A stretch of DNA of 37,138 nucleotides from Candidatus Saliniplasma halalkaliphilum (GTDB lineage: Archaea > Thermoplasmatota > Thermoplasmata > Halarchaeoplasmatales > Halarchaeoplasmataceae), in assembly GCA_019594235.1 (NCBI GenBank), contig JAFDTG010000002.1, forward strand, positions 1 through 37,138, in the 5' to 3' direction. Shown in pieces: positions 1-9,400 of the stretch. Position 1 is the first letter of the stretch, and every line of letters starts with the position of its first letter. Position numbers and translations under genes: made by a program. Below the pieces are notes generated by a model. The model worked only from the letters and a program-made list of their open reading frames with translations. It had not been told where the DNA came from and searched no databases.

Positions 1-182
1 AAGAGTATGATGACACCGATGGGTTGAAGATATACTATGACGAGGGCTGGGTACTTATCAGACCTTCTGGGACCGAACCAAAATATAGGATTTACTCACA
101 AGCTAAATCTCTAGATACCACTAGAGAACTAGGTAAAAAACATCAGAAGATAGTAAAAGGTGTTTTAGATAGGACCAAATGA
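1..182 (+). CDS. Alpha-D-phosphohexomutase family protein (phosphoglucosamine/phosphomannomutase type), C-terminal fragment; the 5' end lies outside the window
   Basis: The frame starting at nt 3 reads ...DGLKIYYDEGWVLIRPSGTEPKYRIYSQAKS..., with stop TGA at 180-182. The W-x-L-x-RPSGTEP loop is the conserved domain-4 motif of phosphohexomutases. It is absent from the ORF track because it is truncated. Confidence 0.8.
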   Translation, partial: EYDDTDGLKIYYDEGWVLIRPSGTEPKYRIYSQAKSLDTTRELGKKHQKIVKGVLDRTK

Positions 183-319
183 TTTGTTTTATAGCGTATA
201 ACTAATCCACCTTCATGTATGACAAATACCCTCAATATACCAAAATTATAAATAATGTCTACCCTCTATTATATATTGTCAGACATTTTGTCGGACCAAC
301 AAGGAGCTAGTGGGATAGG

Positions 320-1225
320 ATGCAGCTTAGAAAAAAAAAGCAGGAAACCGACCCGACGACCAAGAAACTTATGGAACAGGGTATAATCAGAGTTAAAAAT
401 GATGAAAACCAAAAAAACAAAGGTGCTAAACAGAAAATCAAAGAGTTCGGTAGGGTTACTTTTGATTTTTGGAGTGGTGTAAAATACACTTTAATATTGT
501 CAGCTCTTCTATGGTGGTTGCCTCTTTTCGGACCGATGATATCCGGATATGTAGGTGGTCGAAGAACAGGCGGACCAAAAAAAGGTATCACTGCTGCTGT
601 TTTGGCTTTAGCAGCGATCGCTGGAGTACAGTTAGCCTTTACTTACGATATGATGCCAGCTAACGTCTTATCGGTATTGGAGATGCCCAGCAGTATTTTA
701 GCAGTGGCTTATCAAAGACCGATGTTAACTCCGTACGTACGTTTTCTAGAGCTATACTGGAGTTCTTTTTTCACTTCTGTTTTAGGAGGTTTACCTTACT
801 CTCCTAACAGCTATTTGATAACAATCATTTTCGCCTATGTGGGCGGAGTGGTATCCGTCGATAAAAAGAGAGAGTTAGAAGATGTCACAGGTTCTGGCAG
901 TACGGTCAATATCGACCTTTCCAGGGTTACACAACAACCATCATCCAATGGTAAATCAAAGGATAAAAAGAAAATGTTAGTTGACTCTAATTTCAACTAT
1001 AATCCTAGAAAAGCAAGATCAGGTGATGCACCACAAAGATGGGATGACCTCAAACCTATACAGTACAGTGAAAGAAAGAGAAAAAGCAAAAGAAAGAGTA
1101 AAAAACCGAAAAAAAAGAAGAAAAAATCAAACTTTGAAGATCGATATGAACCGGTAAGATTTTCTAAAAAACCGGTCGTCAGACATCATACCAATACAGA
1201 AGGGGACGATTGGGAGTTTCTGTGA
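320..1225 (+). CDS. Hypothetical multi-pass membrane protein with a Lys-rich cytoplasmic tail ending in ...GDDWEFL
   Basis: 301-aa ORF with several hydrophobic segments (LILSALLWWLPLFGPMISGYVGG, ITAAVLALAAIAGVQLAF, YLITIIFAYVGGVV). The C-terminal part is a poly-K/R tract (KRKSKRKSKKPKKKKKK). AAGGAG lies upstream of the ATG. I recognise no family. Confidence 0.55.
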   Translation: MQLRKKKQETDPTTKKLMEQGIIRVKNDENQKNKGAKQKIKEFGRVTFDFWSGVKYTLILSALLWWLPLFGPMISGYVGGRRTGGPKKGITAAVLALAAIAGVQLAFTYDMMPANVLSVLEMPSSILAVAYQRPMLTPYVRFLELYWSSFFTSVLGGLPYSPNSYLITIIFAYVGGVVSVDKKRELEDVTGSGSTVNIDLSRVTQQPSSNGKSKDKKKMLVDSNFNYNPRKARSGDAPQRWDDLKPIQYSERKRKSKRKSKKPKKKKKKSNFEDRYEPVRFSKKPVVRHHTNTEGDDWEFL

Positions 1226-1274
1226 ATAAATCAAGCATAGAAGTTATTAATCCCGTATCGTATCAGCTTGTATA

Positions 1275-2318
1275 ATGAAAATACTCCATCAAGACCCGAG
1301 AACGGGTAAGATCAAGCTTAGAGTCGATAATCTTGACGACCTCTGGCACATCAAAAATATACTGAATCCTAAAGATATAGTTTCCGCTGTAACTTTCAGA
1401 AGGGAAGAAACTCAAAGTGACAAGCTCCGTTCTGATAGAGGGGAGAAGAAAAGGATGAGGTTGGACATCGAGGTAGAAAAGGTGGAGTTCCATGAGTTTA
1501 CGGATAGGCTGCGTATTTTAGGTGTTATCGTTGAGGGCCCACAGGATCTAGGTTCTTATCATACTTTAAACATCACTGATGGGCATCAATTGACGATGAT
1601 CAAAGAGGAATGGAAGGACCATGAGTTGAACAGGTTGAAGGAGGCGGTTGAGCACAGCCAAAAACCGGTCATAACTTTTGTAGGTTTGGAACAGGGAGAG
1701 GCCACCATCGCGATAATGAGGCAGTACGGTGTCAAAGAGATGGCACATATATCACCCAACCTGGGCGGAAAGATGTACGATTCCGAGAAGCTCGGTAAAA
1801 ACGAGTTCTTCAAGATGATCATAAAAAAATTAGAACATATAATGGAACCGGAATCACCTCTTGTGATATTTGGTCCTGGATTTTTTAAGGAGGATTTCTA
1901 TGAGTGGGCTAAAGATAAACATCCTGAATTGATGAAATATGCTGAAGTTATCCCTGCTGGAGAAGGAGGGATGACAGGTTTACATGAAGTTCTGAAAAAA
2001 GGTAAGGAGAGGGGTAGTTTAGACGGTCAGAGGATGTCTTATGAAAGTGAGAAGGTAGAAGGACTCCTTAAAGAGATAAAAAAAGATGGGGCTTATGCTT
2101 ATGGTAATGAGTCCGTAGAACGGGCAGTTGAATTGGGAGCTGTGGATGAACTGATGATTTTAGATACGAAAGTCCGGGATAAGGACGGGGAAAAGCTGAT
2201 GAAAAAGACTGAGCAGCTCGGAGGCGATGTTGTGGTTATAAGCAGTACACATGAGGGTGGAGAGAAACTCGAAGCTCTTGGTGGATATGGTGCCTTACTT
2301 AGATACAAGATCGAATGA
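1275..2318 (+). CDS. pelA: Pelota (archaeal Dom34 homologue, mRNA surveillance / ribosome rescue)
   Basis: 347 aa. The N-terminus MKILHQDPRTGKIKLRVDNLDDLWHIKNIL is typical of Pelota. Length and eRF1-like domain layout fit. Confidence 0.9.
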   Translation: MKILHQDPRTGKIKLRVDNLDDLWHIKNILNPKDIVSAVTFRREETQSDKLRSDRGEKKRMRLDIEVEKVEFHEFTDRLRILGVIVEGPQDLGSYHTLNITDGHQLTMIKEEWKDHELNRLKEAVEHSQKPVITFVGLEQGEATIAIMRQYGVKEMAHISPNLGGKMYDSEKLGKNEFFKMIIKKLEHIMEPESPLVIFGPGFFKEDFYEWAKDKHPELMKYAEVIPAGEGGMTGLHEVLKKGKERGSLDGQRMSYESEKVEGLLKEIKKDGAYAYGNESVERAVELGAVDELMILDTKVRDKDGEKLMKKTEQLGGDVVVISSTHEGGEKLEALGGYGALLRYKIE

Positions 2319-2383
2319 TGATCTTTATCGATTTAAAAAAGAGTAAAAAGAGAAAGGGTTTTTGTAAGGTTCAATAGTATTTT

Positions 2384-5300
2384 CTATTCCCAAACATCAT
2401 CTTCTTCGGTATCTGTGCCTGATTGTTCTTCAGTTATCTCACCGTTCTCTATTTGTTCTTCGTAGAATTCATCTTCTTCAGATAGATATTCTTCGTCATC
2501 ATAGATATCCTCTTCGGTCGTGTCCGTATATCCTGATCCGATCTTAGAATATACCGTGTAAAGTATTGCCAATAGGAGGATTATTATCAGGATGAGGAAG
2601 AACAAGTTAGTTCTGTAAATTGGTGTCGGGTATTCTTCGAAATCTACGGATTCCTCAGCTGTATCCACTAAAACTATATCTTGGTCTTCATAGATGTCCA
2701 CATCTGTTAACAAATATGTGGTTCTGAATGAAGCGTTCACGTTGTAATCATCTCTAGCTGGAAGTCTAAATTCGTATTTTCCGTCGGTAGTGTATCCTGT
2801 CCAAACCTGGTTTTCAGTACTCACTTTTAAGTGCACATCGTCTAGGTGTTCTTCGTTTCTATCAAGTGTAGTTACGGTCAAGTAGTACACATCTGAGTCT
2901 ATATCTAAAGACCAACTTTCTTCCTCTGCGGTCACCTCGTGCTGGCTTTGATGTACTACGGTATTCAACCATTCTACTTCTATATCCCAATTCTCTGCAG
3001 GTATCCTTATCTCAACTTCACCTTGGCCGTCCGTGTAACCTGAATAGTAATGTTTCGGAGAATCCTCGTAAGTAACTCGAACAGGCGCAGAGCTCAAAGG
3101 AAGACCTCTTTCGTCCCTTACCGACAAAGTAAGGTAATATATGTCTGAATCAGCGGTGATATCTATATCCTCAGATAGTTGTTCTGTTTGGGTATGTACG
3201 ACAACGTTCTTCCAGTGGACCGTAAATGTTTGTTCACCTCTTGGTAATAGGAATTGTATGTGCCCTTCTGTATCACTGATCCTGTCAGATATTATGTTCC
3301 TATCTGATGGGAGTTCAGAATGTCTAACGATGACTTTCGAGTTTTCAACGGGGATATCTCTTTCATCTATAATATAAAAGTCAACGTAATATACCTCAGC
3401 ATCTATAGTTTCTGGAGATTCCGAAAGTATGTGTTCATTAACCGTCATATCATCGTTGTAAACAACAACACCTCGCCATTCAACCAAGATTGAGATCTCG
3501 CCGGCCTCACCAACAGGTGTTGGAACTCGGATGTTTACAGTACCGTTTTCACCAGTCACACTCGAATCAAAATTCGTTCCTTCAGTGTCAAAACTGGCTC
3601 TTGCGTTGTTCAATGGATTTCCTCTAGAATCGACTATCTGGAAAGAAACGTGATAGATATCCTCTACGTGTATAACCATCTCTTCGGAAGCGTCGAATAC
3701 TACTGGACTATCATAAACCATTACACCGTTCCACTGTAGAGTGACTTGATTTGTTGCTCCGGGTATCCTTGAGAATGATCTTCCGTCTTCTGAAGTTAAT
3801 TCTGTGTGTAAGAGGGTATCACCGTGTGAGACTCTAAGTCTGCCTCCACCAACTGGGACATCAAAATCATCTTGGACCAAGAAGTCTATATGATAAACGT
3901 CCGTGATAGCAGTCATCGACAGGTCTTCATTTAGATTTATTTCATCTTGGTAAACGTCGACGTTTCTCCAACTGATGGATATATCTAGCTCTACACCAGG
4001 TAATCTCATCTCTGGTACCGAACCATCCGTTAAAGACGTGTCTTGTTCTATCAAACTGTTTCCTAGGTAGAACTCTACTCTTGCATTTTCAAGAGGTTCT
4101 CCTTGGTCGTCAACGATGTTCATATCCAAATAGTAAACCGCACATTGAATTTCGTAATCTTCACTAGAATCAATAACCATATCGCCATTATATATCTCAG
4201 CACCTTTCCATTGGACTTGCATGTTCAATACAGCTCCAGGTAATCTCATAGAAACGTTTCCATTTTCTCCTGTTGTACCACTGGTAAGTGTTCCCGCTGT
4301 ATGGTGAGATACAGTGATCCTTGCATCGGATATGATTTCATCCCTACTGTCTATGGTAAATAGTTCGACATGGTAAACAGAGCATTCCAATTCTATACTT
4401 TGATCCGTTCCAGTTATATCTACGTCCGTCACATCGACTTCTATACCTCTCCAGGTAGATATTATCCTGTGAGGGCCTCTCGGTAATCTCATAACAAGTC
4501 TACCTGCTTGATCAGTATTACCAGTATTCGCGATGGTGTCTGTTTCAAGGTTCCGAGCCACTAAGCGTGTATTTTCAAGCTCATATCCAAGATCGTCTAG
4601 AGTTTGGAGTTCAACGTAATATATCTCCAGTTCAACATCTAAAGACCTGTTTCCTTCGAATGGTTCTGAATAGAGTTCTTTAACCTCTACACCTCTCCAT
4701 TGGAAATTCAAGTCGTAGGTGAAATCTCCTCCAGTTCCGGGCAGTCTGACTGTTAAATTTCCATTTATATCAGTCAATTTAGAGTCCGCTATCCTTCGTG
4801 TATCGTTGAACCTTATAGATACGTGGACCTCCGGAACAGGTACTTCTTCGGTATCCATCGTGTGGATGTTGAGATAGTATACGTCCGTATAGATCGTCAA
4901 TTCTACACTTTCGTTCAAATAATGCTCTGTAGAATCAACTTCTCTACCAAGCCATTCAGTTCTCAAAGAATAATCTCCTACTGGGGATTGAGGTAAATGG
5001 ACGTAACCATCAGTATCCGTTATCTCGCGGATCAATGTGCTATTAGGATGACTGATAAAGATGTTTGCATTCGGTACCGGTTCTCCGGCTACATCGACGA
5101 CCTTATAGGATGTATCATATACGGAACAATTCAAAGTGATAGCATCTTCATAGGGCACATTATCGCTCACTTGGTACGTGGTCTCGTTTACCAATACATC
5201 TTCCCAGTAAACTCTGAAGATATATTCGCCTTCTGTGATACTGATATTCGTGACCCCTTCGTCATTTGTTACGTTACTAGTTATCGATTCCTCTAGATCA

Positions 5301-6427
5301 GAAGAGTAAGCAACAACTTCTGCGTCTTCTAGGACGATGTCCATCGAATCAACGGTTTGGAAGTGAATGAAAAATCTTTCCGCACCGATCCAGAAATCCT
5401 TCTCAACGGATTCCAGATGCCCGCCGTAGGTTTCATCTCCAGGGTTATCTGGATATCTGTAGTTATAACCGGTGTTATCTACTGCAGAGACTATGGCAGT
5501 GTATTCTCCTTCTGCCTGTCCCCCGTAGTCCCATTCATATGTGAAATTACTTCTGTAAGACGAATCGTTCCCGGTAACTCTAGTCATCGGTTCTCTATAG
5601 AATACGGTGCCATCAGGTCCCTCTACTGTCAAATTTACTCTGCTTATATCATACCCACCGAAAGGATTCGTGATAGATGTGTTGAAGTGTATGGTAGTTT
5701 CATCTGCTCCAAGGCGGAAATCGTAGGACTCCTCGAATTCTGAGTCAAGGATCGTGAAAGTATCCACGTCGATGTAGTCTTCTGTTTCCACTTCTATTCT
5801 GCTTGGATACTCCGAGTCGCCGAAAGCGACCCTTTTTACGAAGTTATCACTACTTTCGATGACGAATTCTACTCTCAAGGATGATTCAGGTGATATCGTA
5901 TATCCTGAGATGTCCGTAGATACTGAATATTCGTTGAATATCGTCCTAGTGTTGTCATAGCTTACAAACCCTTGATCTATGAAATCTTCTGCACCATCTG
6001 GTTGTACTTCATAAAGGCTCATCGTAAGGTCTATAGTATTAGTGTGCCCATCAGCTTCTGCTATGTCGATCCACATATTGATAGTGGAAGTTCCGTTAAG
6101 GGTAAATTCTCCGGCAAAAGGTGGATTTAGATACCAGTCATGAGTTATGGTAGAACTGTACTCAAAATCTGTTATATGCTGATCTTCACCCATGGTAGTA
6201 TTCATGGTCATTACATCAACATTCTCGTTGACCGTTCCAGTTTCATTATGCAGGTACATGGTTTTGGTTTTTGATCCATCGGTAGATGTAAGTGAATTCT
6301 CTTCTGTTATCATATTTTCTTCGATTTGACTGTTCCCATGTACTCCTGAAAATGCACTAGCTATCAAAAACAATGTTACCGCAGATACGAGTATCATTAA
6401 CATTCCTTTCATATTTCTATTACTCAT
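2384..6427 (-). CDS. Giant surface protein: signal peptide, about 330-aa N-terminal domain, about 11 tandem prealbumin/CarboxypepD_reg-like beta-sandwich repeats, one C-terminal TM helix and an acidic cytoplasmic tail
   Basis: 1347 aa. The N-terminus has a hydrophobic signal (MLMILVSAVTLFLIASAFSG). A periodic unit of about 85 aa recurs: (D/S)VYY(L/V)x(L/V)...D..G.P...A.V...G...LP...Y....W.G..V. It carries many N-x-S/T sequons. The C-terminal TM is LFFLILIIILLLAILYTVY, followed by a D/E-rich tail. It is a paralogue of the upstream gene. An AAGGAGGTG Shine-Dalgarno site lies 7 nt before the ATG, inside the end of the upstream gene. Confidence 0.85.
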   Translation of the reverse strand: MSNRNMKGMLMILVSAVTLFLIASAFSGVHGNSQIEENMITEENSLTSTDGSKTKTMYLHNETGTVNENVDVMTMNTTMGEDQHITDFEYSSTITHDWYLNPPFAGEFTLNGTSTINMWIDIAEADGHTNTIDLTMSLYEVQPDGAEDFIDQGFVSYDNTRTIFNEYSVSTDISGYTISPESSLRVEFVIESSDNFVKRVAFGDSEYPSRIEVETEDYIDVDTFTILDSEFEESYDFRLGADETTIHFNTSITNPFGGYDISRVNLTVEGPDGTVFYREPMTRVTGNDSSYRSNFTYEWDYGGQAEGEYTAIVSAVDNTGYNYRYPDNPGDETYGGHLESVEKDFWIGAERFFIHFQTVDSMDIVLEDAEVVAYSSDLEESITSNVTNDEGVTNISITEGEYIFRVYWEDVLVNETTYQVSDNVPYEDAITLNCSVYDTSYKVVDVAGEPVPNANIFISHPNSTLIREITDTDGYVHLPQSPVGDYSLRTEWLGREVDSTEHYLNESVELTIYTDVYYLNIHTMDTEEVPVPEVHVSIRFNDTRRIADSKLTDINGNLTVRLPGTGGDFTYDLNFQWRGVEVKELYSEPFEGNRSLDVELEIYYVELQTLDDLGYELENTRLVARNLETDTIANTGNTDQAGRLVMRLPRGPHRIISTWRGIEVDVTDVDITGTDQSIELECSVYHVELFTIDSRDEIISDARITVSHHTAGTLTSGTTGENGNVSMRLPGAVLNMQVQWKGAEIYNGDMVIDSSEDYEIQCAVYYLDMNIVDDQGEPLENARVEFYLGNSLIEQDTSLTDGSVPEMRLPGVELDISISWRNVDVYQDEINLNEDLSMTAITDVYHIDFLVQDDFDVPVGGGRLRVSHGDTLLHTELTSEDGRSFSRIPGATNQVTLQWNGVMVYDSPVVFDASEEMVIHVEDIYHVSFQIVDSRGNPLNNARASFDTEGTNFDSSVTGENGTVNIRVPTPVGEAGEISILVEWRGVVVYNDDMTVNEHILSESPETIDAEVYYVDFYIIDERDIPVENSKVIVRHSELPSDRNIISDRISDTEGHIQFLLPRGEQTFTVHWKNVVVHTQTEQLSEDIDITADSDIYYLTLSVRDERGLPLSSAPVRVTYEDSPKHYYSGYTDGQGEVEIRIPAENWDIEVEWLNTVVHQSQHEVTAEEESWSLDIDSDVYYLTVTTLDRNEEHLDDVHLKVSTENQVWTGYTTDGKYEFRLPARDDYNVNASFRTTYLLTDVDIYEDQDIVLVDTAEESVDFEEYPTPIYRTNLFFLILIIILLLAILYTVYSKIGSGYTDTTEEDIYDDEEYLSEEDEFYEEQIENGEITEEQSGTDTEEDDVWE

Positions 6428-6428
6428 C

Positions 6429-9400
6429 TTAAAACACCTCCTTTTTCTTAGCGATTATTATTCCACCGACTACGCAGATACCTACTATGGCCATTACTAT
6501 GTAGAACAGGTTAGTTTTGTATATCGGTCTTGGATATCCTTCAAAGGTCATCTGGATCTGTTGACTCGAATCTAGTGAAACATCTTCGGTCTCCTGGAGG
6601 TCTATCTCTGTTAAATGTTGAGTTTTTCTCAATCTAGTTGACACGGTGTAATCCCCATAAACTATCTGTTTAAACTCGACGGTTCCATTCCCATCAGTTT
6701 CAAGTGTTTCAATCGGGGTTCCTTCACTATCTATAAGAGTAACCTCTGAACCTATTACCGGACCATCTTGACCTTCTATCACAACTTCCAGATAGTGCAC
6801 CATCGTTTCTAGACTGATCTCTTTATCCCCTGTCAATTCAGTATCCACAGAACCGACTTTTTGTCCACGCCAGTACGCATCCAATGTCCATTCCCCGATC
6901 GGAAGTTTTGGAGTAGCTGCGCCTATATCCGTGACTTCGGTATGGAACGGCACTCCGTCTTCATCCGTGATTATCAGGTCCGCGCCATCTAAGTATTCGC
7001 CTTCAGAATCAACTACTTCTACATCGATATAGTAGATCTCACACTGGATAGAGAATTCAGTATCATCGTTTACTTCTACCGTTTGATCCGCTATGTAGAA
7101 TCCTCTCCATTCAGCTTCCAAACGGATGACACCATAAGGTAATCTGATCTCAGGTTCATCATCGATGGATATGGTGGTTAGCAGGTCTTGCCCCTCGGGT
7201 AAACCTTCGTGATAAACCGACACTACCAGGTCTTCAACATTTTCTCCCCGGGAGTCCTCGCCTGTGAGATGTAGATAATACACATCGCAATCCAAATTCA
7301 TCTCTGAACTCTCGCTTATAGCATGAGTAACGTTGTAAACCTCGATGCCGTCCCATTCTACAGATATATCGAATTCTTCGTGTGGTAATCTTAGGGCAAC
7401 AGTACCGTTTTCAGGAATCCTTTTTGTTTCAAAAAGATTACCCCTGTGTACAAAATTCACTTCAGCATCTGTTAAAGTTTCATCTCTACTGTCTAAAGGT
7501 GTTACATCGACCCAATATACCGAGGTTGAAATCGTCAGTTCCAGATCATCTTCTAATTGGATATCAGTCTGGCCAACATCGAAGTCTCTCCATTCTAGAT
7601 ATATATCATATTCTTCGGAAGGTAATCTGATCGTTAAAGTACCCGTATGGTCGGTCACTTCGGAGAAAAGTAGAGAATCATCGAGATATATTTCAGCTCT
7701 TGTACCAGGTAGTATTTCTTCCTCAGCATCGGTGACGTTCATGGTTAGATAATAGATGTCAGAGTCGATAGTGAGTTCATTTTCTCCTTGTTCATGAACC
7801 ATGCTGTACTCTCTTGAATCTACCTCTACACCATACCATTCTGCCTTTATAGTGTAAGATTCCACAGGTAGTCTTAAGCGGAGACCTCCGTCACTATCAC
7901 TGGTACCGCTTTCGATCAAAGAATCCTGATATTCAACATCGATACTAACTCCTTGGACAGGAGTATCTCTTGAATCTATAACCGTTAGGTCTAGGTAGTA
8001 CACGTCACAGTTTTTTATCTGTAGGTCATCGTTGCCTTCGACTGGGTAGCCGTCTATCGAACGTACCTGGATACCCTTCCATTCTACTTCTATATCGACA
8101 TCCGTAGCGGGTAATTTAGATATATACACACCATCCTCGTCGGTATTACCGGTATCCACGAGATTACCATCGATCCTCACGGATATCCGTGCGTCAGGGA
8201 GTGTTTCTTCATCTACGGTACTATCCAAAGCGATTATGTTTAATTGATAAACCGAAGCTTCGATCTCAAAGTCCGTTTGAGTTTCTGAAACAACTCTTAG
8301 TTCACTAGCTACGTTTACACCGATCCATGTTACATCGAACCGATGCTCACCATCTGCTAACTGGAATGTAACCAAACCGTCGCTATCTGTCGTATCCGTA
8401 TCTATTTCACGCTCAGTTTCGGTATAGGTTGCGGTGACTTCAGCTCCTTCTAGTGGATCTTCTAGACTGTCATAAACAGTTACTGAAACCTGGAAAATAT
8501 CCGCAGTTAGAACTATCTCAGAGCTTTCACTCAATTCATAAGTTTCTTCGTAAACTTTTGCGTCGTTCCAGTAAATCTCGAAGAAGTATCCAGTTGCCGG
8601 TAATCTAGTGGTGAAGACTCCTTCACCGTCCGTTAAACCACTGTCTGAAACGATCCTAGTGTCGTCATAGGAACCTACAAATAAAGCATTGGAAACTGAA
8701 CCACCGGAACGGTCCTGCACCTGAACTTGAAGGTGATATACCAAAACATTAACTTCAAAATCATCAGAAGTTGAAACGTCTATGGAAAACTCTCCTACAT
8801 CTCTTCCTTTCCATTCGATATCTAACTCGTATCGACCTTCAGCGGTTCTGTCTAGTGAGAAATAACCGTCGTCATCGGTGACATAAGGATCGACTCTTGT
8901 TGAACCATTGGGGTGGGTTAAGTATACGTTCGCATTATCCACCACTTCGCCTTCCATATCTTTAATGATAAAACCGGGATAAAATATACCGGCTGTAACT
9001 TCGAATGGGTCATCTCTAGTTCTATTACCCACTTCTCCCACGTCTAAAGTGCGGTTAGTACTGACTTCAACGTCCTGCCAGATCACAGTGATTATATATG
9101 TTGCATTGGCAACGGTGAAATTTGCGATCCCCTCATTATCGGTCATAGTGGTGTTAAAGACCACTTCATCACTGACCTTCAAGTTGATCGTTGTATTTTC
9201 TAGTATCTCTCCGTGATCGTCACTTACTTGTATGTTAACATAATGGTCCAATCCTCCTATAACAAAAGAATGGTATCCGTACTCATCATGACCTTGGAAC
9301 TCACCTGTTCTATTATACGCTAGTTTTCCGTTTCTATCTATGGTTCTTACTGTTACGTCGTATACTCCTTCTGGTTGTCCATCGTGATCCCAGGTCATCT

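Noticed and set aside
5357-5743. Long antisense or alternative-frame ORFs inside well-supported genes, for example 5357-5743, 7345-7752, 10493-10897, 16760-17188, 17502-17882, 29530-29925, 33182-33706 and 36023-36394.
   Set aside because: Each lies wholly within a gene whose product has clear family motifs. Their translations are low-complexity or Ser/Ile/Phe-rich, with no recognisable motifs, no Shine-Dalgarno site and no TATA context. They are typical shadow ORFs of biased-composition coding DNA.
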